The notes under the pieces were generated by a model. The model searched no databases. It saw nothing but the letters and a program-made list of their open reading frames with translations, and was not told where the DNA came from. A stretch of 64,000 nucleotides of DNA, from contig OZ245843.1 of assembly GCA_965228875.1 (NCBI GenBank), forward strand, positions 4,508,616 through 4,572,615, read 5' to 3'. Numbering within the stretch: the stretch's first letter is position 1; every line of letters starts with the position of its first letter. The DNA comes from Thalassobaculaceae bacterium. GTDB lineage: Bacteria > Pseudomonadota > Alphaproteobacteria > Thalassobaculales > Thalassobaculaceae. Of this stretch, positions 11,876-21,281 are shown in pieces. Made by a program: the position numbers and the translations under genes.

Positions 11876-12454
11876 GTGGCGCTGCCGCCTGTCCCCAGCC
11901 AGACCGAGGTGGCGGCCTCCGTCTACGGGACGTGGCGCCTTTTCCTCGGCGACCGCGGCGGACTCGGCTTCTTCGGAACCGGCCGCACGGCTTTCTGGCG
12001 GGCCTGCTGGGTGCTGGCGGCGGTACTGCCCATCAACCTGCTGATCTACCTGATCCAGCTTGTCAGCCTCGACCGGCCGGTGGTGCTGGGATCGCTGGCG
12101 CTGCTCGGTTTCGCGGTGGTGATCGCCTGGTTCGGCTATGCCCTGCTCGTGCACTACGTACTGCCGTGGATCGACCGCCAGGAGCGGTACCACGACTACA
12201 TGATCCCGGAGTTCTGGTCGTCGCTGCCGACGGTGGTGATCCAGTTCCTGGCCATCGCCCTCGACGAGACGGGTTTGCTGCCGGGGTCGACCGGAGAGGT
12301 CCTGACCATAGCATCGTTCGGCGCGGCGCTGTGGCTGCGTGCCCAGATCATCCGCCTGTCGCTCGACGTGACCTACGGCCAGGCCGTGGCGCTGGTGATC
12401 GGCAGCCTGGTGTTCCACGCGGTGATCGCCGGCGTCCTGATCCCCAGCCTCTGA
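11876..12454 (+). CDS. Hypothetical integral membrane protein
   Basis: About five hydrophobic segments; starts 4 nt after dapE. Confidence 0.7.
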   Translation: MALPPVPSQTEVAASVYGTWRLFLGDRGGLGFFGTGRTAFWRACWVLAAVLPINLLIYLIQLVSLDRPVVLGSLALLGFAVVIAWFGYALLVHYVLPWIDRQERYHDYMIPEFWSSLPTVVIQFLAIALDETGLLPGSTGEVLTIASFGAALWLRAQIIRLSLDVTYGQAVALVIGSLVFHAVIAGVLIPSL

Positions 12455-12497
12455 CCCCGGTCTTGCCTGTCGGCCCAGGGCGGCACCCCGGCGGGCC

Positions 12498-12953
12498 CTA
12501 TCCGGGCAGCGTGCCGGTCAGCACGTAGCGCAGGATGTCGACCACCTGCTCCGGCGTTTCGGCAACGGCCAGGGCGGCGCCGTCCACCTCCTTGAGGGCG
12601 TGGGTGTGCTCCGGCGCGTGCAGCACCACCAGCGGCGTACCAAGGGCGGCCGCGTAGCCGGCGTCGAAAGCCGCGTTCCACTGCTTGTACTTGTCGCCGA
12701 AGCGGACGACGACGACATCGGCCTGCTCGATCAGGGTGCGGGTGCGGATGGCGTTCAGCTTGGCGCCCTTGTGGTCTTTCCAGAACCCCTTGTCCTCGGC
12801 GCCGAGGATGGCCACGCCGCAATCGTCGCTGGCCGCGTGGTCGGTCACCGGCGCGGAGAACGCGACGTCCAGGCCGGCGGCCTCCGCCCCGGTCTCGATC
12901 ACGTCGCGCCAGTCGGTGTGGATTTCGCCGGACAGATAAACGGACAGGGTCAC
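12498..12953 (-). CDS. YtoQ-family protein (nucleoside deoxyribosyltransferase-like)
   Basis: VYLSGEIHTDWR, RFGDKYKQWNAAFDAG, HALKEVD. Confidence 0.85.
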   Translation of the reverse strand: MTLSVYLSGEIHTDWRDVIETGAEAAGLDVAFSAPVTDHAASDDCGVAILGAEDKGFWKDHKGAKLNAIRTRTLIEQADVVVVRFGDKYKQWNAAFDAGYAAALGTPLVVLHAPEHTHALKEVDGAALAVAETPEQVVDILRYVLTGTLPG

Positions 12954-13032
12954 AGGTGACCTCCTGATGATTGCTGTGATGCGGGTGGCTTAGCACATTC
13001 GGGCGGGATCAGTCAGCGCGGGTCGGCCCCTG

Positions 13033-14259
13033 TTGCCAGACCGGTCCGGCCCTGCGACCATCGCGCGAGGACGAGGCGATCCGATGCCGGGGACCATGAC
13101 CTTCCACAAGGGACAGCAACGCCCCCTGCTGGCGCACGAGCGGCGGCAGATCGTCGGTTCGGCGGCGGTTCAGCCGATGGCGGCGGCTTTGCCTGCACGG
13201 CCTCATCCCCCGCAACCCCATCCCCTTCAGCCCAATCCTCTTCCGGCCCACCCGCTGCGGTCGGGCGCCAATCAACTGTCGGGCGGGTTTGTGCAGGCCG
13301 CGCAGTCCGCTGCCCATTCCGCAGCTCAGCCCGTTGTCCATCCTGCGGTCCATCCCCTGGTGGCGCGGCCGCTGCTGCCGCATGAGCGCCGGGCCGTGGG
13401 TGTGGGGCCGGCGACGCCGTCTGTGGTGCTTCCGGCCCTGGTGCCGCGCAGCCGCGCCCTGAGCCTGCCGGCGCGCCCGGTGGGGATGGCCGAGGCCGAT
13501 CCGCGTGCCGAAGCGACGGTTCGTCGCGCCGCCACCGAACGGAACGGCGAGGCCCGCATGCTGATGCGCGCCTTCGCCCAGACCAGCGGCCGGCTGCTGG
13601 ACCTGGGCGTCGCCATGATCGATGCGGCCGGCAGCCGCGCCCGACGCACACCGGCGGAGGAGAGCCGGCGCGGCGGCGACCGGGCGGTTCCCGGATACCG
13701 GAAGTACATGCACGGCACACTGCTGGATGTGCTGGAAACCGCACGGTACGGCCACTCTCTGGACCCGAACCGGCCGGGAGCCGACGCGCCGTCCTACCGC
13801 CGGTTCATGGGCGGTACGCTGGTCGATCTCTTCGAGAAGATGCAGGGCGAGCGGGAGCCGGGGATCGACCGGGACGACCCCTCGGGAGATGGGGCCGGCG
13901 GCGCGCATGCGCGCCAGAAACCGTCGCGGCTGCGCCGGGCGATGCACGGGACGCTCGTCGACCTGTTCGATGCCATGGCCGAACGGCGGGCCGCCGACGA
14001 GGCTGCCGACGTGGCCAGTGGCGACCGCGGCGGGCGGCGGCCGCTGACGGAAGCGGCGCGGCCACGGTCGATGTCGCTGGACACCGGCATGAAGGCTTTG
14101 GAGGAGCCGGCGTCCCAGAAGCGCGTCGACAACGGTGCCGAGCGCAAGGTCTCCGACAACCTGTCGCGCACGTCGTCGGAGCAGAGCCACGAGGTCGACG
14201 CGGTGTCGTCGCGCTCCCGCGCCTCGACCATGGGCGCCTCGGTCGCCGACATCGATTAG
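13033..14259 (+). CDS. Hypothetical low-complexity protein with internal repeats; true start may be further downstream
   Basis: 408-aa ORF converging on the end of the T6SS operon; repeated RPLLxHERR (2x) and M[HG]GTL[LV]D[VL][LF] (3x) support coding. Confidence 0.55.
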   Translation: MPDRSGPATIARGRGDPMPGTMTFHKGQQRPLLAHERRQIVGSAAVQPMAAALPARPHPPQPHPLQPNPLPAHPLRSGANQLSGGFVQAAQSAAHSAAQPVVHPAVHPLVARPLLPHERRAVGVGPATPSVVLPALVPRSRALSLPARPVGMAEADPRAEATVRRAATERNGEARMLMRAFAQTSGRLLDLGVAMIDAAGSRARRTPAEESRRGGDRAVPGYRKYMHGTLLDVLETARYGHSLDPNRPGADAPSYRRFMGGTLVDLFEKMQGEREPGIDRDDPSGDGAGGAHARQKPSRLRRAMHGTLVDLFDAMAERRAADEAADVASGDRGGRRPLTEAARPRSMSLDTGMKALEEPASQKRVDNGAERKVSDNLSRTSSEQSHEVDAVSSRSRASTMGASVADID

Positions 14260-14266
14260 TGCCTCG

Positions 14267-14668
14267 TCAGACCAGGGTCATGGTGTTGAACTGACCCGGG
14301 ACCAGCGACATGCCGACCATGTTGCCGAAGAACCCGTTCTGAAAGGTCGGATGCAGCATCTTGGTCGCCGGGATCCCCTCGAACAGGACCGTGAAGCTGG
14401 CGAGGAAGTTCCAGCTCGGTCCCATGACCAGTCCGGAGAGAATCCCGAGTTCGACGCCCCCGTCGTCGCCCTGGGTCAGCGGAACCATGCTGAGCATGTG
14501 GTGCGCCGGCATGGCCCAGATCGTGATGTTGACGCAGAAGTCCACCGCGGTGATCCGCATGCCCAGGTTGGGATAGGGGATCGGTACCGGCACGATGATC
14601 GGCGTCAGGCAGACGTCCGGGAACATGATGTCCAGTTCGATCGGCGAGTTGACGTTGTTGAAGACCAT
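14267..14668 (-). CDS. DUF4150 PAAR-like spike tip protein (TagD-like)
   Basis: FPDVCLTP...PIPYPN, GDDGGV.LGILSG.VMGP, FTVLFEG.PATK, QN motifs. Confidence 0.9.
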   Translation of the reverse strand: MVFNNVNSPIELDIMFPDVCLTPIIVPVPIPYPNLGMRITAVDFCVNITIWAMPAHHMLSMVPLTQGDDGGVELGILSGLVMGPSWNFLASFTVLFEGIPATKMLHPTFQNGFFGNMVGMSLVPGQFNTMTLV

Positions 14669-14718
14669 GGCGGTGTCCTGACGGGCGTGGACGGATTGCG
14701 GTCTCGCTGCGGCGGCGG

Positions 14719-15222
14719 TCAGCTCAACTGGATGCGGTCGGCCTCCAGCCGCATCTCCTTGCGGGCCGACATGAGGTGGTGGTGCGCGCGGGTGGTCAGC
14801 ACGTCACGAGCCTGGATCATCCAGCAGTCGGCGCTGGCGATCGCCGTGCGCGCAACCAGGGTGAGGCCGTCGATCGCGGTCTGGGTCAGACGTTGGGCGA
14901 CGATGGACACGGTGCCGAGCGGGGCCGACAGCGCAATCCCGCCGGCGGCCGCCAGCGACAGCCGGTCTCCCGCCCGGATCTCCAGGTCGCCCGCGGCCTC
15001 GACCGTCACCGGCGCGCCGTCCGGGCGCTCGAGCACCGACAGGATGTAGCGGTCACCCCCCTCCGGGTCGTCCCAGACCAGGACTCGGTCGCCCACCTCG
15101 GGGCGCACCAGGCAGCCGACAGCGCGTCGGGCCAGGCGGCCGTCATCGAGCACGGCCACCCCGTCGGCCAGCCGGTCGACCGTCCGGGCGGCGCCGCGTG
15201 TCAGGGTGAGGGTCTCGGTCAT
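14719..15222 (-). CDS. DUF3540 protein (TagC-like)
   Basis: ARRAVGCLVRPEVGDRVLV...YILSVLER and C-terminal RLEADRIQLS; start MTETL overlaps the upstream stop. Confidence 0.85.
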   Translation of the reverse strand: MTETLTLTRGAARTVDRLADGVAVLDDGRLARRAVGCLVRPEVGDRVLVWDDPEGGDRYILSVLERPDGAPVTVEAAGDLEIRAGDRLSLAAAGGIALSAPLGTVSIVAQRLTQTAIDGLTLVARTAIASADCWMIQARDVLTTRAHHHLMSARKEMRLEADRIQLS

Positions 15223-16238
15223 GGTCGTCCTCCATCGGGGGCGGGGATGAAAGGGGTGAAGCGTTTGGCCTCGCGTCGCGGCGGCGGTTCGTCGCGCCGT
15301 CGCCCGCGTCGGGACCCGGTGAAGTCCGCCCGCGTCAGGACGGCGTCGTCGAACGAGGCGAGGTCGAGGCTGGTGTCGCCGAAATCGGCATCGCTCAGGT
15401 CGGCGCCATCGAACAGGGTCTTCTCGAGCATGGCGCCGGAGAGCCGGGCACCGAACAGCGTCGCATCGACGAAGTTCGACGCCTTGGCCCGGGCACCGGA
15501 CAGGTCGGCCGCCGTCAGATCGGCCCCGGTGAACAGGCTGTAGCTTATGTCGGCCTCGCGGAAGGAGGTGCCGCGGGCCCTGGCCTGTGTGGCGTTCAGG
15601 CCTCCGAGGGCGGCGCCGTCGAACCGGACGCCGGACAGGTCGGCGCCGGTCGCGGTGACCTGGCTCCACGCCACGCCGGACAGGTCCAGCCCGGCCAGGT
15701 CCGACTTGGTGAGCAGCAACCGCACCGCCCGAAGACCGCGAAGCCCCACCGCCGGTCGAAGGTTCAGCGCGGACAGGGCGACGGTGTCGAACTGCGCGCT
15801 GTCGAAGCTGGTTCCGGCGACAGACCCGTCATGGATCGCGGCGCGGGCCCAGCGCGATCCGTCGAGCGTCGCCGACGCCAATGACGACCGGACCACCGAG
15901 AGACGCTCGGCGAAGACCCCGTCCAGCCGGCCCTCTGTCAGGTCGCTGTTCAGGATCGCCGTATTGGTCATCCGGGCGCCGGCGAGCCGGGCGCCGGTGA
16001 GCGTGCAGCTCTCGAACACGGCACCGTCGAGACTGCAGTCGGTGAGGTCCGCACCCACGAGGTTGCAATGCGAGAAGATCGTGCCCGGTCCCGCCGTCAG
16101 CCGGCGCAGGACGGTCCCGGCGAGGCTGCAGCCCTGGAGCACTGCCCCGGTCCAGTCCTGGCCGGACACGTCCACGCCGTCGAGCACCGCCCCTTCGACC
16201 GGGATCGCCAGGCGGGCGAGTTCGGGCACGTCGATCAC
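15219..16238 (-). CDS. Pentapeptide repeat protein (TagB-like)
   Basis: Long A(D/N)LxG-type repeats (GADLTAADLSGA, GADLSDADFG). Confidence 0.88.
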   Translation of the reverse strand: MIDVPELARLAIPVEGAVLDGVDVSGQDWTGAVLQGCSLAGTVLRRLTAGPGTIFSHCNLVGADLTDCSLDGAVFESCTLTGARLAGARMTNTAILNSDLTEGRLDGVFAERLSVVRSSLASATLDGSRWARAAIHDGSVAGTSFDSAQFDTVALSALNLRPAVGLRGLRAVRLLLTKSDLAGLDLSGVAWSQVTATGADLSGVRFDGAALGGLNATQARARGTSFREADISYSLFTGADLTAADLSGARAKASNFVDATLFGARLSGAMLEKTLFDGADLSDADFGDTSLDLASFDDAVLTRADFTGSRRGRRRDEPPPRREAKRFTPFIPAPDGGRP

Positions 16239-18823
16239 GTCCCGATCTCCAGCACCGCCGCCTGCTGCGGGTCGAAGCGGGCGCGGGACAGATCGGTCTT
16301 GGTCAGGTCCACCTCGAGCAGCGTGGCACCGACCAGGTTGGCGCCGCGAAGGTCGGTGTCGTCAAAGCTGGCCTTGCGCAGGTTGGCGTCCATCAGGTCG
16401 GCGCCGGCGAACCGGCAACGGGCGAGGTCGGCGCCGCCGAAGAGAGTTCGCCGCAGACTGGCGCCACGGAAGTCGCCGCCCGCCAGCACCGTCCTCGACA
16501 GGTCGGCGCCGGCCAGGTCAGTACCGAGGGCGGAGGCATCGGGCAGTTCCGCCCCGCTCCAGCCCGACCCGGACCCCGACGCCCGGTCCAGGACCACCGC
16601 CGGAAGGGCGTTGCGTCCGGCGACGCGCAGGCCGCGAATGTCGGCTCCGGCGAACGACACGCCCCGGCCGTCGCATTCCGACAGGGCGAACCGCTCGAAC
16701 CGGGCCCGCTCGAAGACGGCACCGTCGAGCCGGCAGTTGTGGGCGACGCCGAGGGCGAACGTCGCGCCGCTGGCGTCGACGCCGGACAGATCGGCATCGA
16801 CCAGCGCCACCTGTCGGAGCGCGGCGCCGGCCAGCGAGGCGCCCGCCAGGGTCAGTTTCGTCCAGCTGCCGTCGGTCAGGGTTGCGCGGTCGAACCGGGC
16901 CGCTGGCGCAGACAGGGCGTCTGTGGCGGCGCCGTTCAGGGTCGCGTCGGTGAAGTCCGTCCGGGAGGCCGATGCACCGCCGAGGTTCGCGGCGTCGAGA
17001 ACGGCGGCAGTGAACCGCGCGTCGTCCAGAATCGCCTCCGTGAGGACCGCGCCGCGCAGGATGGCGGAGGACAGGTCGGCGCCGCGCAGGTCCGCCCGCT
17101 CGAGCAGAGTGCCGCTCAGATCGCGCTTCGACAGATCCAGACCCGAGAGATCGGCGCCGGCGAGATCGCGCCCGGCAAGCGACACGCCGTCGGCAAGCCA
17201 GGTCCGCACCCGCTCCCTCAAGGCCGATCGCAGCGCGGCGGAGGGGGCGGCATTCGGCTTGAGCGCCCGCCGCGACAGCTGGCGTGGCAGACGGGCGGCG
17301 GCCTCGCCCCGGATGGCGGCGGCCCGGGTGGTATCCGCCGCGGCGGCACGCGGGTCGGGCAGCGCGAGTTCGGCCGCGTCCAGGGCGGCGGCGACGACGG
17401 CGAGGTCGTCCCGCTTCAGGTCCGCGGCGAGCGCATCGCGGGCGCGCCGCATTTCCGCTTCCGCCCGTTCGGCCTCGGCCCTGGCGCGGGCAGCTTCGGA
17501 GTCGAGCCTGTCGATCATCGCGCCGATGTCGATCTCGGTGGCGGCACGCGCCCGTGGCGAGACGAAGGTCGCCGGGTCGATCGTCGGCGCCGGCGGCGGC
17601 TCCGTCCGGGGGGCCTGGCCCATGCGCGCCCGCGCCCTGTCCTCCTGTGCCGCGGCGATCTCCGCCAAGCGCGCCTCGGCCGCGGCCAGGGCACCGGCGT
17701 CCTCGGCCGCCTCGCGCTCGAGCGTGGCCGCATCCTTGGCCGGGCGCAGCGGCGACCAGTCGAGGGCGAGGCGGGTCCGTCCCTCGGGCGACAGGCGCGC
17801 GCGCAGGGCGGCCTCGTAATGGTCGGCCGGCCGGGGGACGTCGCGGGCATCCTCATAGGCCAGAAGCAGGCCCGAGACGTCGGCGGCATCGCTGTCGCCG
17901 ACCGGAGCGATGCCGTGGAAGACGATCAGCACCATCTCCCGGTCGGGCAGGAAGACGACGGTGTCGAGCGTCATCTCGATCTCGGCGAAGGGGCCGTGCG
18001 GATCGTGGGGACCGTCGCCGAACAGCAGTGCCGACCGGGCGCGCAGCGGCGGCAACCGGCCCTCGATCACCGGCCGGGTCGGGTGCATCCCCTCCAGGCG
18101 ATAGGGCTCTCCGGGCTCGAACGGTCGTCCGGCCCACTGATCGGGCGCGGTGACGTTGCGCAGCGTGGGATCGTGGTCGTCCGGCAGACCGGGGAACCGG
18201 GTCCGCGCCCAGGCGAGGTCGTAGGTGCCCGCCTTCTCGGCGCGCGGGCTCCAGGCGATGTCGATCGCCCCGAGGGCAGCGGGCGGCGGCCGGTTCGACG
18301 GCGACAGCAGCGGCCGACCGGGCCGCTCCAGCAGCGGCATCGGGCCGTGGGGCCGGCCCTTGGCGTCCAGGCCGATCCCGATCGGGTTGACCGGATCCGC
18401 CGGCCCGCCGAATGCGCTGGCGTAGGACAGGTCGGTGGGCGCGAGCGGTTTCGCCTCCCCCGGCACCGACAGGCCGAGCGGCGTGCGGCGCCACGTCCGC
18501 GCGCCGAACACCAGGACCCGTTTGTCGATATCGGCGATCCGCATCCGCGCCTCGCTCCGCACGGCCCAGGCATCGTCCGGCGGGGGATGGGCGCTGCCGA
18601 CGACCATCGCTTCCGCCCGTGCCTTGGGGAATCCTTCGTCCAGCGCCTTGGGGCCACCCTCGGGCAGGGCCTGGGACAGGGGCCAGATCTTGCGCTCGTC
18701 GAGCGGCGCGTCCGGGGCGTCGATCGGCGCCGCCATGAGGGCGCCGACCGCCAGCCGGTGACCGCGCGGGTCGCCGAGCGGGCGGGCGATCACGCCAATC
18801 TGGAACGGTTTCACGATGTGCAC
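16235..18823 (-). CDS. DUF2169 adaptor fused to pentapeptide repeats (TagAB-like)
   Basis: LDEGFPKARAE, DKRVLVFGARTW, AFGG..DPVNPIG.G, RAEKAGTYD..W, LEGMHP, LDTVVFLPD; C-terminal pentapeptide repeats. Confidence 0.9.
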   Translation of the reverse strand: MHIVKPFQIGVIARPLGDPRGHRLAVGALMAAPIDAPDAPLDERKIWPLSQALPEGGPKALDEGFPKARAEAMVVGSAHPPPDDAWAVRSEARMRIADIDKRVLVFGARTWRRTPLGLSVPGEAKPLAPTDLSYASAFGGPADPVNPIGIGLDAKGRPHGPMPLLERPGRPLLSPSNRPPPAALGAIDIAWSPRAEKAGTYDLAWARTRFPGLPDDHDPTLRNVTAPDQWAGRPFEPGEPYRLEGMHPTRPVIEGRLPPLRARSALLFGDGPHDPHGPFAEIEMTLDTVVFLPDREMVLIVFHGIAPVGDSDAADVSGLLLAYEDARDVPRPADHYEAALRARLSPEGRTRLALDWSPLRPAKDAATLEREAAEDAGALAAAEARLAEIAAAQEDRARARMGQAPRTEPPPAPTIDPATFVSPRARAATEIDIGAMIDRLDSEAARARAEAERAEAEMRRARDALAADLKRDDLAVVAAALDAAELALPDPRAAAADTTRAAAIRGEAAARLPRQLSRRALKPNAAPSAALRSALRERVRTWLADGVSLAGRDLAGADLSGLDLSKRDLSGTLLERADLRGADLSSAILRGAVLTEAILDDARFTAAVLDAANLGGASASRTDFTDATLNGAATDALSAPAARFDRATLTDGSWTKLTLAGASLAGAALRQVALVDADLSGVDASGATFALGVAHNCRLDGAVFERARFERFALSECDGRGVSFAGADIRGLRVAGRNALPAVVLDRASGSGSGWSGAELPDASALGTDLAGADLSRTVLAGGDFRGASLRRTLFGGADLARCRFAGADLMDANLRKASFDDTDLRGANLVGATLLEVDLTKTDLSRARFDPQQAAVLEIGT

Positions 18824-18833
18824 GGCCGTCCCC

Positions 18834-21281
18834 TCACATCAGCATCTTGATGACGTTGATCTCGAGGTCGAGCACCGCCTTGATCGAGATGTGGACCCCC
18901 ATGCTCATATCGAGACTGTCGGTCATCGACATGCCGAGCCGGGTCGCCATGGTCATGTCCATCGAGCTGCCGATATGCATGTTCATGTTGTCGCCGATGC
19001 CGATGGACATGCCGTCGCCCAGATGCATGCTCATCTGGTCTCCGAGATGCATGCTCATGGCGTCGCCCAGATGCATGCTCATCTGATCGCCGAGATGCAT
19101 GCTCATGGCGTCGCCCAGGTGCATGCTCATCTGGTCTCCCAGATGCATGTTCATCGCGTTGCCGAGATGCATGCTCTCCTGGTTGCCCAGGTGCATGCTG
19201 GCGGCGTCGCCTAGATGCATGCTCTCCGCCTCCCCGATATGCGCCGACAGGTTGTTGCCGATGTGGACGGAAGTCGACATCGCGATGCTGATCGAGGCGG
19301 CGACGCCGATATGCATCGACGCCTGGTTGCCGAGATGGACCGACGCGGCGTCACCGAGGTGGGCCGAGGCCGCGTCGCCGAGATGCATGCTCGTCGCGTT
19401 GCCGATATGGGTCGAGTCGGCGTTGCCGATGTGCAGGTTGGTCTGGTTGCCGTGATGGTGCGAGGTCGGGTTGCCGTAGGCGATCGAGAGGTTGTGCTCG
19501 CCGTAGCTGCGGTGGAAGTCGTAGCTGTTGCCGTAGATGATGGAAACGTTGGAGTAGGGGCCGCCGCCGACGGTCGACTTGGCCTCGGCCTCGGAGAAGA
19601 CCGTGTTCACCTCCGACGCGCGGTCGGACGTCGGGCCGATCTGGACGTGGACGTTGGCGCCGACCGAGGCGTTTTTCATCGGTCCGCAGTTGCGGTTGTC
19701 CATGGTTCCGTCGATCACGAACTGCATCGTTCCGACCTGATAGGACGAGGTGTCGCCGATCGTGGTGTGCGGGATGTCGACCGCCGGCGCGTTGATCGCC
19801 CCGTGGGACCAGATCATGCCGACGATCTCCGGCACCATCGAGAGGCCGGTCGCGGGGCCGACCAGCACCACGGCGCCGATCTCCGGCGCGGTCTGCATCC
19901 CGGCGCCAAGGCGCACCCAGTACGGCGTGCCCCGGTCCCAGGGAAACTCGACATAGACGCCGTAGGTCCAGATTTCGAACTCGCTGCTCTGGGTGGCGTC
20001 GTACTGCGGCGGCGGGATCAGCTCGACCGGTTCCATGCAGGCGCCGGGGTCCCACGGCGCCGGGCTGTCGCCGGGACCCCGGACCACGGTGGCGATCGAC
20101 GGGCCGAAGTAGATGGTGTCGAACGGATCCCGCACCGTGCCGAAGGGGTGGCTCGGCGGGTTGCCGGTGAAGCGCACGATGTGGACGCCGTCCTCGTCGG
20201 ACTCCACCGACATCTGGCTGATGACGAAGTCCTGCCCGTCCAGTTCCCTGCGCGGATGGTTGGTGACGGTGAAGACGTGGCCGGCGAGCATCCCGAAGGC
20301 GGTCGACGTGCCGGTCAGGCTCTCGGCGTCGAAGCGGACGGATTCCGCCGCCCGCCGGTTCGACATGTCGGCCCAGTCCGCACTGGTCTCGACGTCGTAG
20401 AGGAGCACCCGCTCGAAGCTGACGGTCTGGTTGTAGCGGTCGTTCTCGAGGATCGTCGCCTTGGCGCTGGGCGCGGTGGAGACCCGCTGTCCCATGGTCG
20501 ACATGATCGTCTTGCCGGTCTGGGGCGTCAGCTGCTGCTGATAGCTGTAGGCGAGGATCAGGTCGTCGCTCGGCCGCGTGTCGTCGAGCGAGAACAGCGC
20601 GCGCAGCTTCTGCGGCTGGTCGTCGGGGGCGTTCGGCGTGTAGCAGTCGGCATAGGCCTCGGCGTTGTCGGCCAGCACGAGGACATGCTCGCAGCCGGCG
20701 GTCTGCGGCGTCTGCTTGAAGAAATAGAAGATGCCGGTGCGCTGCATCAGCTGGGAGATGAAGGACAGGTCGGTTTCGCCGTTCTGCAGCCAGTCGTGCT
20801 TCTCGATGGTGGTCATCGGATTGCGGTAGCTGGTCTCGAAGGCGATGCCGTGACGGTCGAGCACGGCGGCGATGACGTCGGGCACCGTGACGTTGACATA
20901 GAGCTCGTACTTGTTGGCCAGGGCCAGACGCCACAGGGCCGGGCGCATGTCGACCTCGTAGGTCACCTCGCCGGTGGAGCGCAGGGCGGTGACGATGCCG
21001 TTGACATAGACGCGGGTCTCGCCGCCCGACAGGGTGTTCGGCGCCGCGCCGGACGCGTGTCGGGGGCCGACATAGGCGAAGGTCACCGGAGAGCCGACGA
21101 CGTCGGAGAAGTCGGCGTTGGCGTCGGCGCCGGCCAGCGACAGGGTGTAGAGGAACGGCGCGGAGATCTGCTCCTGGCCCTGCACGGAGATCAGACGGAA
21201 GGCGGTCGCATCGATCGAGCCCGGCCAATGCACGAGCACCAGGGGCGTGTTCGGCGGCGGCGGTGGGGGCAGGTCGCTCAT
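18834..21281 (-). CDS. vgrG: T6SS spike protein VgrG (divergent), with a His/Met-rich octapeptide C-terminal beta-helix
   Basis: GQEQISAPFLYTL, QNGETDLSFISQLMQRTGIFYFF, OB-fold VEFPWD..WVRL..PEIG; start MSDLPPPP overlaps the tssG stop. Confidence 0.9.
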   Translation of the reverse strand: MSDLPPPPPPNTPLVLVHWPGSIDATAFRLISVQGQEQISAPFLYTLSLAGADANADFSDVVGSPVTFAYVGPRHASGAAPNTLSGGETRVYVNGIVTALRSTGEVTYEVDMRPALWRLALANKYELYVNVTVPDVIAAVLDRHGIAFETSYRNPMTTIEKHDWLQNGETDLSFISQLMQRTGIFYFFKQTPQTAGCEHVLVLADNAEAYADCYTPNAPDDQPQKLRALFSLDDTRPSDDLILAYSYQQQLTPQTGKTIMSTMGQRVSTAPSAKATILENDRYNQTVSFERVLLYDVETSADWADMSNRRAAESVRFDAESLTGTSTAFGMLAGHVFTVTNHPRRELDGQDFVISQMSVESDEDGVHIVRFTGNPPSHPFGTVRDPFDTIYFGPSIATVVRGPGDSPAPWDPGACMEPVELIPPPQYDATQSSEFEIWTYGVYVEFPWDRGTPYWVRLGAGMQTAPEIGAVVLVGPATGLSMVPEIVGMIWSHGAINAPAVDIPHTTIGDTSSYQVGTMQFVIDGTMDNRNCGPMKNASVGANVHVQIGPTSDRASEVNTVFSEAEAKSTVGGGPYSNVSIIYGNSYDFHRSYGEHNLSIAYGNPTSHHHGNQTNLHIGNADSTHIGNATSMHLGDAASAHLGDAASVHLGNQASMHIGVAASISIAMSTSVHIGNNLSAHIGEAESMHLGDAASMHLGNQESMHLGNAMNMHLGDQMSMHLGDAMSMHLGDQMSMHLGDAMSMHLGDQMSMHLGDGMSIGIGDNMNMHIGSSMDMTMATRLGMSMTDSLDMSMGVHISIKAVLDLEINVIKMLM
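18960..19470 (-). repeat. Coding 24-bp tandem repeat (8-aa unit SMHLGD[AQ]M) in the vgrG 3' end
   Basis: + strand AGATGCATGCTCAT recurs with a 24-nt period; 18 H-[LI]-G units counted in the protein; boundaries approximate. Confidence 0.9.

Noticed and set aside
18960..19470. Regular repeats resembling a CRISPR array
   Set aside because: The period is 24 nt with no unique spacers, the repeats are in frame within vgrG with codon-level variation, and no cas genes are present.
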